64,000 nucleotides of DNA from Chromatiaceae bacterium (GCA_003562815.1 PWTO01000182.1:7703-71702); one strand, 5' to 3'. Shown: positions 1 to 9,446, counted from the stretch's first letter. Numbers and translations are program-made. The notes: generated by a model from the sequence alone, not told the origin.

Positions 1-382
1 GCTCGCCTTCACCGTCGGCGCGCTCGGCATGATCGGCATCCCGCCGATCGCCGGTTTCGTCAGCAAGTGGTATCTGGGGCTGGGCGCGGTCGAAGCCGGC
101 AAGGACTGGGTGTTGTTGGTGCTGGCGGCGAGCACGCTGCTCAACGCTGGCTACTTCCTGCCGATCCTGTATAAGGCCTGGTTCCGGCCACCCCCCGAGT
201 CCTGGCCGCATGAGCATGTCTTCGACAGCCGCTTCGAGACCCTGGGCGCCCTGCTCTGGCCGCCGGTGATCACCGCAGTGCTGTGCCTGATCGCCGGGCT
301 GTTTGCAGCATCGCCGTTCAGTCCGCTGGAGTGGGCAACGCTGATCGCCCGGCGCGAGTATGGACTGATCGAGTTTCGCTAA
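1..382 (+). CDS. 3' end of an antiporter-like proton-conducting membrane subunit gene (NuoN/NuoM/MrpD family); the 5' part lies upstream of the window
   Basis: Reading frame is open to base 1. The translated IPPIAGFVSKWYLGLGA... segment is the C-terminal helix pattern of NuoL/M/N-MrpA/D proteins and is strongly hydrophobic. TAA stop at 380-382. Confidence 0.7.
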   Translation, partial: LAFTVGALGMIGIPPIAGFVSKWYLGLGAVEAGKDWVLLVLAASTLLNAGYFLPILYKAWFRPPPESWPHEHVFDSRFETLGALLWPPVITAVLCLIAGLFAASPFSPLEWATLIARREYGLIEFR

Positions 383-674
383 CAAACGTTAGCGCGCACC
401 CCCAAGTGAGGATGGGCCGATCCGCCAAAGCCAGATGAATAAACATCTGGCGCTAAGTTCTTGAGTACGCTTTAGGTTTTACATCTGAGACTCGCTCAGA
501 TAACTGCATACCTAAACTCATTAAAGAACTAGAACAGCCCTTGGTTCTCGGGCTAAGGCCATAGTAGGGTATGCCAAGATGTATGTAAACCCTATTTCTA
601 ACCAAACTGTCTAGTAGGGTTTATATGCGAATGTTAGCGAATCGAAACCTAGGTGTAAGCTCTGAGGCCGCGTC
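383..674. other. AT-rich, hairpin-dense intergenic island (candidate structured RNA or MITE-like insertion)
   Basis: Hand count for 421-660 gives 102 G+C of 240 nt (about 42%), against clearly >60% in flanking genes. Perfect stems at 377-383/388-394, 431-437/444-450, 483-489/495-501 and 586-594/615-623. Direct repeat tagtagggt at 562-570 and 612-620. gttagcg occurs at 388-394 and 633-639. Confidence 0.5.
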
Positions 675-2534
675 ATGACCGATTGGCTGCTACTCGCCTG
701 GCTCTGGCCCCTGCTGCTGGCGGCGAGCGCTCTGCCGAGCCTCGGCAGCGGTGCCGGCCAGCGCGGGGATCGCGCGCGCGCGCCCGAGACCTTGCCGGCT
801 TGGCGCGCGAGTTTGGTCGTGATCGGCGCCCTGCCGGCGCTGGCCGCCGTCTGGTTGGTTCCGGTGGGTTCCAGCCTGAGCCTACCCTGGCTGTTTTTGG
901 GCACCGAACTCGGCCTGGATGAGATCGGTCGTGTCTTCCTGCTGTTCTCGGCGATACTCTGGCTCGCGGCCGGTGTGGCTGTGGCCCAGCGCATGCGCCG
1001 CGTTGCACATGCGCGGCGATTCCACGCCTTCTATCTGCTGGCCATGGCTGGCAATCTCTGGCTCATCGTCGGCCAAGACCTGTTCAGTTTCTATGCCGGT
1101 TTCGCGATCATGAGTGTTGCCGCCTATGGGCTGGTGATCCATGACGGCAGCCCGGCAGCGCTGCGCGCCGGCAAGGTCTACCTGGTCATGACCCTGTTCG
1201 GCGAGGTCAGCCTGTTTGCCGCCCTGGTGATGATCGCCCAGCAGACCGGCACAACGCTGCCCCGGCCCGAGGATCTGACCCAGCTCGGTGCGCTCCCGAT
1301 CGCGCTGGTCTTGCTCGGGCTTGGCGTCAAGGCCGGCCTGGTGCCGCTGCACCTGTGGCTGCCGCTCGCGCATCCAGCGGCCCCGATTCCCGCCAGCGCC
1401 TTGCTCAGCGGCGCCATGATCAAGGTGGCCATGTTGGGCTGGCTGCGCTTCCTGCCGGTCGGGGCCATCGCGCTGCCAAACTGGGGCGGACTGCTCGCGG
1501 CCGGGGGACTGCTGACGTTGTTCTATGCGCTGCCGATCGGGTTGGTGCAAGCCGACCCGAAGGCAATCCTGGCCTACTCCAGCATCAGCAAGATGGGCTT
1601 GCTGATGCTCTGCTTGGGTCTGGTGTTGATGGAGCCCGCGCTCGCGCCTGCCGGTGTCGCCGCCATCAGCCTATACGCAGCGCAACATGGCCTGGTGAAA
1701 GGCGGGCTATTCCTCGGCGTCGGTCTGCGCAAACAAGCAGCACCGGCGTTTCTGCAGCCGTTCGTCCTGGGGGGGTTGATCGTGCTCGCGCTGGCCCTGG
1801 CCGGAGCGCCCTTGACCAGCGGTGCCGTGGCGAAATACGGGCTGAAGCCAGTCTTGAGCGGCGCCGAATGGCCTTGGGTGGCCGCTGCGGTGACGGTCGC
1901 CACGGTTGGCACCAGTCTGCTGATGGCGCGCTTCATCTGGGTCTGCGTGCATATATCGCCGCATCCGCAGCCGGGTTCTCTGTGGCCGGGGCTGGCCTGG
2001 GCGCTGCTGATCCTGCTCGTGCTGCTGTCTGCGTTCGTGCTGGGCACGCCGGCAAGTTGGTTCACCGACTGGCCGACCATCGCCCTCGGTCTGGTCTTTG
2101 CCGGACTGATCGCGCTCGGCGCCTGGCGCAATCCGGATTGGCTACGCCCGGTGATCGGACTCATCCCGCCCGGTGATTTGATGGTGCTGGCACGGCCCAT
2201 TGGCCGACTCACGGTGGTCGGCTGGCTGCATCTTTGGCGGCCACTCGACGCGGCTCGCTTGCGTGTCGTCAATGCCGTCACCCGAGGCATCGAGCCGTTT
2301 CTCGCCCGTCCCGACGGCGACGCAGAGCGCGGTCTGCGACGCTGGCCGGTCGCGGGCGTCATCTGGCTCGGCATGATCGTGGTGCTGTTGCTGGCGCTGT
2401 TCGGGCAGAGTCCGCATGTACAGCCTGTCAACAGCGCCACCGGAGACGATGACGAAGCGCAGATCAGTGCCGCACGGCTAGGCCGCGAGTCGCCGTCTCA
2501 CAGCCTCGTAGAGACAGATCCCGGCCGCGACTGA
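675..2534 (+). CDS. Proton-conducting transporter membrane subunit (NuoL/M/N - MrpA/D family)
   Basis: ATG at 675, 619 aa, polytopic. Motifs GLVPLHLWLPLAHPAAPIPASALLSGAMIKV and AYSSISKMG are family hallmarks. The 3' end overlaps convergent rlmB by 57 nt. Confidence 0.8.
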   Translation: MTDWLLLAWLWPLLLAASALPSLGSGAGQRGDRARAPETLPAWRASLVVIGALPALAAVWLVPVGSSLSLPWLFLGTELGLDEIGRVFLLFSAILWLAAGVAVAQRMRRVAHARRFHAFYLLAMAGNLWLIVGQDLFSFYAGFAIMSVAAYGLVIHDGSPAALRAGKVYLVMTLFGEVSLFAALVMIAQQTGTTLPRPEDLTQLGALPIALVLLGLGVKAGLVPLHLWLPLAHPAAPIPASALLSGAMIKVAMLGWLRFLPVGAIALPNWGGLLAAGGLLTLFYALPIGLVQADPKAILAYSSISKMGLLMLCLGLVLMEPALAPAGVAAISLYAAQHGLVKGGLFLGVGLRKQAAPAFLQPFVLGGLIVLALALAGAPLTSGAVAKYGLKPVLSGAEWPWVAAAVTVATVGTSLLMARFIWVCVHISPHPQPGSLWPGLAWALLILLVLLSAFVLGTPASWFTDWPTIALGLVFAGLIALGAWRNPDWLRPVIGLIPPGDLMVLARPIGRLTVVGWLHLWRPLDAARLRVVNAVTRGIEPFLARPDGDAERGLRRWPVAGVIWLGMIVVLLLALFGQSPHVQPVNSATGDDDEAQISAARLGRESPSHSLVETDPGRD

Positions 2535-3233
2535 GACGTTTAGACTCTCAACCCGACCGCGCATCGGCAAGGACGCGAGCAGATCGCAGCGCGCTTGGGT
2601 CAAGCGGCGCAGACCGCTGCCCTCGCTGCCGAGCACCAATGCCGTTGGCCCCGAGAGATCGGTCTCGAACAGGGTGGCCGGCGCCCGATCGGCCAGCCCG
2701 ATCAGCCAGATCCCGCGCGCTTTCAGGGTCTCCAGGGTGCGCGCCAGATTGGTGACCTGAACAAAAGGCACCGATCCGGCAGCGCCACTCGCCACCTTCA
2801 CCGCCACCGGCGTCAAGCCAACCGCCTTATCCTTGGGCGCGATCACCGCCGTTGCGCCGGCACCGTCGGCACTGCGCAGACAGGCACCGAGGTTATGCGG
2901 ATCGGTGACGCCGTCGAGCACCAATAGCAGCGGCGGTTGCTCGGTGGTATCAAGGAGCCGATCGAGCGCTTGCTCGTTTCTTGCCGCCGGCACCCGAACC
3001 CAAGCCAGCGCGCCCTGATGATTGCCGCTGTCCGCCGCCCGATCAAGCTCGTCGCGTGCGACCTGGCGCACGGGGACATCGGCCGCGCGGGCCAGCGCGG
3101 CCAGCTCGGCGAGGCGACGGTCACGACGACTGCGCTCAAGCCACAGTTCCGCAACGCCCTCGGCACCAAACTTGAGCGCACTGCGCACGCTGTTGATACC
3201 AACGGTCGCCGCGGTCCCCGACGGACTGCTCAT
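2478..3233 (-). CDS. rlmB: 23S rRNA (guanosine-2'-O)-methyltransferase RlmB (SpoU/TrmH family)
   Basis: SpoU motifs LVLDGVTDPHNLGACLRSA, LVLGSEGSGLRRL and ESLNVSVAAGICLYE. ATG at 3233 is preferred over the TTG at 3257. Lies directly downstream of rnr, as in many gammaproteobacteria. Confidence 0.88.
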   Translation of the reverse strand: MSSPSGTAATVGINSVRSALKFGAEGVAELWLERSRRDRRLAELAALARAADVPVRQVARDELDRAADSGNHQGALAWVRVPAARNEQALDRLLDTTEQPPLLLVLDGVTDPHNLGACLRSADGAGATAVIAPKDKAVGLTPVAVKVASGAAGSVPFVQVTNLARTLETLKARGIWLIGLADRAPATLFETDLSGPTALVLGSEGSGLRRLTQARCDLLASLPMRGRVESLNVSVAAGICLYEAVRRRLAA

Positions 3234-3253
3234 GTGAGCTGACAAGCCACCGC

Positions 3254-5503
3254 TCAAGCAGCCGGCTTCTTGCGCCGCCTTGAGCGCGAGCGCCGCTTCG
3301 GCGCCTCGGCGACAATCGGCTTGGCCAGCACAAAGTCGATCTTGCGATCCTCGAGATTCACCGCCGCGACCTTGACCCGCAAGCGGTCGCCGAGCCGGTA
3401 GATCTGACCCGTGCGCTCACCGGCGAGTCGATGCCCGACCGGATCGAAGTGGTAATAGTCGTTATCGAGCGCGGTGATATGTACCAGCCCATCGACATAG
3501 ACGCCATCCAGTTCGACGAAGAGCCCAAAGCCCTGCACGCTGGTGATGGTGCCGTCGAACTCCTCGCCCAGCTTATCGCGCATGAACTCGCACTTGAGCC
3601 AATGCTCGACATCGCGGGTGGCCTCATCGGCACGCCGTTCGGTGCCCGAGCAGTGCTCGCCGACCTGCTGCAGCTCCGGCTTCGAGTAGTCGAGATCGGC
3701 CGCCGTGCCGCCAGCGAGGAGGTGCTTGATGATGCGATGGACGATCAGATCCGGATAGCGGCGGATCGGCGAGGTGAAGTGCGTGTAGGCATCGTAGGCC
3801 AGCCCAAAGTGTCCGACATTGTCGGAGCTGTACATCGCCTGCTGCATCGAGCGCAGCAGCACGGTCTGGATCAGGTGGAAGTCTGGTCGTCCGCGCACCG
3901 CATCCAACAGGGTGCCGTAATCCTTGGCCGTCGGCTTGTTGCCGCCCGGCAGGTTCAGGCCCAACTCGGCGAGGAACTCGCGCAGGTCGGAGAGCTTCTC
4001 CTCCTTGGGCGTCTCGTGGATGCGATACAGCGCCGGCATCTTCTTGCGCTGGAACAGCCGTGCGGCGGCGACGTTCGCGGCCAACATGCATTCCTCAATG
4101 ATGCGGTGGGCATCGTTGCGCACCGTCGGCTCGATGCTCGCGATCCGCCCAGCGTCGTCGATCACGAACTTGGTCTCGACGGTATCGAAGTCGATCGCGC
4201 CACGCGCGGCGCGGGCCTCGAGCAGCGCCTGATACATCGCGTACAGCTCGTGCAGATGCGGCAGCACCTCGGCATAGTGCTCGCTGAGCGCGCCATCGTT
4301 GTCATCGAGCAGGGTTGCGACCTGTTCGTAGGTCAGGCGTGCGTGCGAGCGCATCACCGCCTCGAAGAAGCGCGTGCGCGTGACCTTGCCCTCGCGGCTC
4401 ACATAGAGTTCGCAGGCCATGCAGAGCCGGTCGACCTTCGGGTTCAGCGAGCAGAGGCCGTTGGAGAGCACCTCCGGCAGCATCGGAATGACCCGGTCCG
4501 GGAAGTAGACCGAGTTACCGCGCTCGAAGCCCTCCTTATCCAAGGCGCTGTCTGGCGTCACATAGGCCGAGACATCGGCGATGCAGACCAGCAGCTTCCA
4601 GCCCTTGGGCTTGCGCTCGCAGTAGACCGCGTCATCGAAATCGCGCGCGTCGGCACCGTCGATCGTGACCAGCGGCAGCGCGCGCAGATCGGTGCGACCG
4701 GCCTTCGCGGCCTCCGGGACCTCTTCGCCAAAGGCGCTGATCGCCTGCTCGACCTCTGGCGGCCAATGCACGGGCAGATCGTGCGCACGAATCGAGATAT
4801 CGGTCTCCATGCCGGCGGCCATGTGCTCGCCGAGCACCTCGGCGACACGCCCGATCGGCTGGGTGCGCTTAGTCGGCTGATCGGTGATCTCGGCGACCAC
4901 GATCTGTCCCTGCTCGGCGCCACCGAGGCGGTCGCTCGGGATGATCACATCGTGCGTCAGGCGCTTATTGTCCGGCACCACGAAGCCGACGCCGCTCTCC
5001 GAGTAGAGCCGGCCGACCACGCTGGTGGTGCTGCGTTCCAGGATCTCGACCACCGCGCCCTCGAGGCGACCGCGCCGGTCCTTGCCCGTCACCCTGGCAA
5101 CGATGCGGTCGCCGTGGAACAGCGCGCGCATCTCCTTCGGATAGAGATAGAGGTCGTCACCGCCGTCGTCCGGTTTCACGAAACCGAAGCCGTCCGGATG
5201 ACCGATGACGCGGCCCGCCACCAGATCGCGCTTGTTGACCAGGCAGAAGGCCTCGCGGCGATTGCGCAGCAGCTGGCCGTCGCGCACCATCGCGCCCAGG
5301 CGCCGCTCCAGCGCAACCCGATCGTCTTCGGTGGTGAGGCCGAGCAACGCGGCGACTTCATCGAAGGCCGCTGGCGCGCCATGCTCGGTGAGCGTTTCGA
5401 GGATGAACTCCCGACTGGGAATCGGGTTGTCGTATTTCTTCGCTTCCCGTTGCCGATGCGGATCCAGGTCCCGAGCGGATTGAGCCTTTTTTCGTCGTGC
5501 CAC
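3254..5503 (-). CDS. rnr: Ribonuclease R (VacB)
   Basis: 749 aa. RNB catalytic region HFGLAYDAYTHFTSPIRRYPDLIVHR, a C-terminal S1-like segment (GTITSVQGFGLFVEL) and a basic K/R tail. Confidence 0.93.
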   Translation of the reverse strand: MARRKKAQSARDLDPHRQREAKKYDNPIPSREFILETLTEHGAPAAFDEVAALLGLTTEDDRVALERRLGAMVRDGQLLRNRREAFCLVNKRDLVAGRVIGHPDGFGFVKPDDGGDDLYLYPKEMRALFHGDRIVARVTGKDRRGRLEGAVVEILERSTTSVVGRLYSESGVGFVVPDNKRLTHDVIIPSDRLGGAEQGQIVVAEITDQPTKRTQPIGRVAEVLGEHMAAGMETDISIRAHDLPVHWPPEVEQAISAFGEEVPEAAKAGRTDLRALPLVTIDGADARDFDDAVYCERKPKGWKLLVCIADVSAYVTPDSALDKEGFERGNSVYFPDRVIPMLPEVLSNGLCSLNPKVDRLCMACELYVSREGKVTRTRFFEAVMRSHARLTYEQVATLLDDNDGALSEHYAEVLPHLHELYAMYQALLEARAARGAIDFDTVETKFVIDDAGRIASIEPTVRNDAHRIIEECMLAANVAAARLFQRKKMPALYRIHETPKEEKLSDLREFLAELGLNLPGGNKPTAKDYGTLLDAVRGRPDFHLIQTVLLRSMQQAMYSSDNVGHFGLAYDAYTHFTSPIRRYPDLIVHRIIKHLLAGGTAADLDYSKPELQQVGEHCSGTERRADEATRDVEHWLKCEFMRDKLGEEFDGTITSVQGFGLFVELDGVYVDGLVHITALDNDYYHFDPVGHRLAGERTGQIYRLGDRLRVKVAAVNLEDRKIDFVLAKPIVAEAPKRRSRSRRRKKPAA

Positions 5504-5544
5504 GCTGTACTCTGAGTGCGTCCAAAGATTCCACTAGTCTACCG

Positions 5545-5573
5545 TTGACAAGCCCTCGCTGTCTCACTAAGCT
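5545..5573 (+). promoter_or_regulatory. Candidate sigma70 promoter for tRNA-Leu
   Basis: TTGACA at 5545-5550, a 17-nt spacer, then TAAGCT at 5568-5573, about 40 nt upstream of the tRNA. The 10-mer accgttgaca recurs at 5595-5604. Confidence 0.3.
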
Positions 5574-5614
5574 TACCGACTTGTCACGGTTTCAACCGTT
5601 GACACCGCAACCCT

Positions 5615-5701
5615 GCCGAGGTGGCGGAATTGGTAGACGCGCATGGTTCAGGTCCATGTCTGGGAAACCAGGTGGAGGTTCAAGTCCTCTCCTCGGCACC
5701 A
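5615..5701 (+). tRNA. tRNA-Leu (anticodon CAG), with encoded CCA
   Basis: Folded by hand: acceptor stem GCCGAGG/CCTCGGC, anticodon stem CATGG/CCATG with loop TTCAGGT, a long variable arm, T-arm GGAGG-TTCAAGT-CCTCT, and 3' ACCA. Confidence 0.92.
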
Positions 5702-5756
5702 TCTCTATTAGAGTGATCGACGAAGCGCGACTCGCTCTAGCCTCCCTCGCTGTGGC

Positions 5757-7259
5757 TTATTCCAAAATCAACTTGCGCCCAAACGGCTGCTGGGCATGGG
5801 CATGGATCGCCGGCACAGCCCAGATCACCGGATAGCTGGGTTTGTACTCGGCGGGGCCGTCGAGATCGGTGAGAAAAACGGCGATATCCGGGGCGTAGCG
5901 CTCGGCCTCGCGCAGCAGTGGGCTGAAGTCGGTCCCGCCGCCGCCGGCGAAGGCAAGTTCGCGCAGGTTGGAGCGGCCGGGCTCGAATTGGGCGACGCCG
6001 CTGACGCGTTCATCGCCAGCGACGATGGTCAGCCCGGCCTCAAGGCGGCGGCTGATGACCTCGATCTCGCGCGCGAAGCGCTCGAGTAGCGGCGGGTCGA
6101 TCGAGCCGGAGAGATCGACCATAACCACCAAGCGCGGCACCGCGCGCGAGGCGCTGCGTCCCGGCTCCCAGGGGAGGCGCCGACCGCTCGGGGTGCGGCC
6201 TTGGTTGGCGAGATAGGAGCGCGCGGGGCGTGACCAGGATTGATCCGGCGTGCGTGCTAGCCCGCGCGTGAGCAGCGTGCGCAGCAGATGCTCCCACGGT
6301 GTGCGCACCTTGGGCAGATCGGCGATCAGCGCGCGCAGCATCGAGTGGGCGCCATCGCCGGCATGGGCGCGGATCAGCCGCTCGCGCCATTCGCGCGCTT
6401 GCTCGGCCTCCTGCTCTGGGCGCTGGTCATCGTTGGCTGGGAGCAGGTCGCGGGGCGTCTCGGCGCCGAGCGCACGCGCCCGGCTGGCGCGGGCGCCGTC
6501 CGCGCGCGAAGCGTTGCGCTCGACCTCAGGTTCGGCCTCGGGCTGGCGCGTGGTTTGCGCCGCCGATGGCGCCGTCGCGTGCTGCTGCGTGGCTTGCCGC
6601 CGAGCGGACTCCGGCACCTGCTGTGCTGCGTCGCGACCGGCGCGGCCACTGCGCTGCCCGCTGTCGCCGTCTCGCCGTGGGTTGGTGCGGGTTCGATCGC
6701 CCGTGCCCGCGAGCAAGCGCGGGCGACGATCATCGATCGCGCGATAGAGCCGTTCGAGATCCCATTCCAGCAGTGCCGCCGCCGGGGATTGATCGCGATT
6801 GAGGATGCTGGCGACCAGGCCTTCCAGGGTCACCGCCGTGCTCGGCAGCTCGAGCCAAGCGAGATGGCCAAGGGTGCTGTTGATGATGGCATCGGCGCAG
6901 ATGTTGAACAACGGTGGATCGACCTCGCCGAGCAGACGTTCGAGCGCCCTTGCCCGCTGCGCGTGCTGGAGCGCGACATGTAGCACCTGATGGGCGACCT
7001 GACCGATCTGTCGCGGTAGGCTGAGCGCTTCGAAGGCGGGCGCATAGAAGATGGTGCGGCCATCATTGGCGGCGCTGAGCAACGCGTCTGTCAATGAGCC
7101 CGTCTCAGCGCCCTGGCCGCGCCCAAGAACCGGCAGCGCCTCGACATCCTGATGCCGAATCCAGAGCGCTAGGCCGCCCGTCGAGGGCGCGTACTCGACC
7201 ATCTTCTGGATCGCGCGCGTGCCGCGATGGGTATGGAGGGCGTTAGCCAAGGAGTCCAT
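5757..7259 (-). CDS. vWA-domain protein with an N-terminal putative metallopeptidase-like domain (DUF2201-type); partner of the adjacent MoxR-like ATPase
   Basis: C-terminal vWA with MIDAS motif VVMVDLSGSI. N-terminal domain carries HQVLH (6978-6992) where this family normally has HExxH. Long R/A/E-rich linker. Start chosen at the internal ATG (MDSLANAL); the track's upstream extension overlaps the ATPase gene. Confidence 0.7.
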   Translation of the reverse strand: MDSLANALHTHRGTRAIQKMVEYAPSTGGLALWIRHQDVEALPVLGRGQGAETGSLTDALLSAANDGRTIFYAPAFEALSLPRQIGQVAHQVLHVALQHAQRARALERLLGEVDPPLFNICADAIINSTLGHLAWLELPSTAVTLEGLVASILNRDQSPAAALLEWDLERLYRAIDDRRPRLLAGTGDRTRTNPRRDGDSGQRSGRAGRDAAQQVPESARRQATQQHATAPSAAQTTRQPEAEPEVERNASRADGARASRARALGAETPRDLLPANDDQRPEQEAEQAREWRERLIRAHAGDGAHSMLRALIADLPKVRTPWEHLLRTLLTRGLARTPDQSWSRPARSYLANQGRTPSGRRLPWEPGRSASRAVPRLVVMVDLSGSIDPPLLERFAREIEVISRRLEAGLTIVAGDERVSGVAQFEPGRSNLRELAFAGGGGTDFSPLLREAERYAPDIAVFLTDLDGPAEYKPSYPVIWAVPAIHAHAQQPFGRKLILE

Positions 7260-8337
7260 CCTGCTCACGCGCTTCGCTGTAGCGCCGATAGGCGGCGCTC
7301 GCGAGCACCACGCCCTCAAGGCCGTCCGCCAGCGCCTTCTCCAACAGCAGCTCCATCGCCAAGGTTTGCGCCTCGCGGATCGGCAGCGGCGTGCGGGTCG
7401 GGGCATCCGGCAACTGCTCGATGATGGCGAGCGCACGCGCCATGCGCTCGCGGTCGCTGGCGGCGGCCAAGAGCGCATAGATCATGCCGTAGAGCGCATC
7501 GAGATTGGTCGGCAACAAGGCGGCGGTGGCCTCGCCGGGCTCGGCGTCGAGCAGCGCCACCACATCGACCCCGGCCTGGATCTCCTTGAGCACGCCGAAG
7601 AACTCAGCGGCATTGGCGGCACCGATGCGCCCCTGCACGAACACCCGCTTGGCCTGCTCAGAGAGCCCTGAGCGAAGCACATTGGAGATGTCTTCCCAAC
7701 CGCGTGGGCTGGCCCCGATCAGGTGATCGTTGGCGAGCTGGGTCTGGGTATCGTCGAGCTTATCCGGGCGCACCTTGAGATAAGCCATCACCTCGGGCGC
7801 GAAACCGCGCGCGACGGCGTGGCTGAGGAAGGCATCGATCACGGTCTGGACGTTGAAGTGGAACATCCGGTCGGCAAGTGCGGTGCCCATGTCGTGGCTG
7901 ACCGCACCATGGAAACTGGCGTTGCCGGCCGCCACCACCTGCCAGCCATCGGGTATCCGGTAATGACCCACGCGCCGGTCGAGGATCAGCGAGTAGGCCG
8001 AGATCTGCAGCCGTTGATCGGCGGCGGTGAGTTCATCAAGGAACAGGATGCCCTCGGGCTGATCGGCGGTGGGCAGGAACTCGGGCGGAAACCAGACCGT
8101 CTTGCCCTGGCTGTCATCGGCATAGATGGCACCACGGATATCGACCGGCTCGATGGTGGTGAGGCGCAGATCGATCAGCGGCACGCCGAAGCGATCGGCG
8201 ACCTGGCGCACGATCGAGGACTTACCGACCCCGCGCGTGCCCCAAAGCATCGACGCGCGATGGCGCAGGATGGGGTCGGCGTACTGCTCGATCAGCGCCT
8301 GCTTGGCGGCGGCAATGGAAACCGGCGGGATATTCAT
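7243..8337 (-). CDS. MoxR-like AAA+ ATPase (AAA_5 type)
   Basis: Walker A GTRGVGKSS, Walker B ILFLDELT, 364 aa. The start overlaps the stop of the upstream gene by 4 nt. Confidence 0.8.
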   Translation of the reverse strand: MNIPPVSIAAAKQALIEQYADPILRHRASMLWGTRGVGKSSIVRQVADRFGVPLIDLRLTTIEPVDIRGAIYADDSQGKTVWFPPEFLPTADQPEGILFLDELTAADQRLQISAYSLILDRRVGHYRIPDGWQVVAAGNASFHGAVSHDMGTALADRMFHFNVQTVIDAFLSHAVARGFAPEVMAYLKVRPDKLDDTQTQLANDHLIGASPRGWEDISNVLRSGLSEQAKRVFVQGRIGAANAAEFFGVLKEIQAGVDVVALLDAEPGEATAALLPTNLDALYGMIYALLAAASDRERMARALAIIEQLPDAPTRTPLPIREAQTLAMELLLEKALADGLEGVVLASAAYRRYSEAREQDGLLG

Positions 8338-9446
8338 CCGGCCTCGGCGCCCCGCATGGATGCCTGCCCCAGGCGCCCTTTGCTGTCATCGATAATCCAC
8401 TCGTGCCCAATCAGCCGGCGCGGCATGGGCGGGATCTCGATCACCGGTAGCTCGCGCATCGCGAAGATGCCGATCATCAGCAGCGGCGGGGCATGAAAGA
8501 TGAACATCCGCACCAAGGAAATGTCCTCGAGCGAGAACAGTTGGATCAGCGGCGCGGTGCCCAGCAGACTGAGGCCGATCAACAGCGGGATCGCACGCTG
8601 GAAGGCGACCCGCCAACGCGCTGCTTGCCAGCGGGCATGAAACGCGCCGGGGTCGCTGCGCAGGGTGTTCGCCAGATGCCGCACCGCCTGGGCCAGCTTG
8701 GCCTCGACGTCGGGCGTGCGCTCGGGCTCGGCAGCGGCGATACGCACGCTGCCGCGCCAGCGCTTGCCGAGCGCGCGCATCGGGCGCCATTCCCAACCAA
8801 GGACGGCAAACAGATCGGCCGGCACGCGCAGGCGCTGGTCGTGCTCGGCGCGCAGCTCGACATCGGCGGGCATCTTACGGCCGGTTTTGGCGTTCAGGCG
8901 AAGGCGCACGCCCTCGACCCGGGTTTCGGCTTTCTCCAATTGCAAGCGCCAATGAGCGGGCTGTTGCTCGCTGGCCGCGATCGACTGCAACCGGTAATCG
9001 CGGGCGATATGGATGCCCTCGACGGCGACGACCTGGCGACCCACCTCGATGGCCTCGATCTGCTCCAGCAGCTCGCCGGGGTCGCTGCCCTCGATCTCCA
9101 GCGTCGAACTCAGGCCGGCGTCATCGCTGAGCAGGCGCCGAAGACGAAACTGCTCGGGCTCGGGGTTGTCGAGCGTCAGGGTCTCGGTGAGCGACTCGCC
9201 GGCGCTCGGCAGATCCGGATGCTGGATCGGCTTGAAGCACAGCCGACGTTGGGCGCGGTCACTGGCAGCGAGATCGATCTGATGGCCGCGTTCGCTGAAG
9301 GGCGCGACCAGGCCGAGGATGGCATGATGGGTGAGCGGAACGGGCTCGGAAGATGAGGTCTGGGGCGAAGTCGAAGAGGTATGGGCGACGCGAACCATAG
9401 CAGCTAGCTCGATCATGGTGGAGAGTGCAGGGCAATGACGATACAC
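8334..9446 (-). CDS. Hypothetical membrane-anchored protein (soluble N-terminal ~270 aa, two C-terminal TM helices)
   Basis: Long ORF on the same strand, translationally coupled to the ATPase gene. TM segments IPLLIGLSLLGTAPLIQLF and MFIFHAPPLLMIGIFAM. No family recognised. Alternative ATG starts at 9416 and 9398. Confidence 0.55.
   Translation of the reverse strand: MYRHCPALSTMIELAAMVRVAHTSSTSPQTSSSEPVPLTHHAILGLVAPFSERGHQIDLAASDRAQRRLCFKPIQHPDLPSAGESLTETLTLDNPEPEQFRLRRLLSDDAGLSSTLEIEGSDPGELLEQIEAIEVGRQVVAVEGIHIARDYRLQSIAASEQQPAHWRLQLEKAETRVEGVRLRLNAKTGRKMPADVELRAEHDQRLRVPADLFAVLGWEWRPMRALGKRWRGSVRIAAAEPERTPDVEAKLAQAVRHLANTLRSDPGAFHARWQAARWRVAFQRAIPLLIGLSLLGTAPLIQLFSLEDISLVRMFIFHAPPLLMIGIFAMRELPVIEIPPMPRRLIGHEWIIDDSKGRLGQASMRGAEAG

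Noticed and set aside
3431-5515. 694-aa plus-strand ORF
   Set aside because: Entirely antisense to the unmistakable rnr gene. It has Arg/Ala/Gly/Asp-rich composition with no motifs, a typical shadow ORF in high-GC DNA.
7260-7478. N-terminal extensions offered by the track for the vWA gene (and likewise 17574-17786 for sdhA, 54188-54934 for serA, 59984-60214 for uvrC, 50798-50905 for tyrA)
   Set aside because: The extensions overlap well-supported upstream genes and are Arg/Pro-rich. The conserved N-termini begin at the internal start codons used in the feature list.
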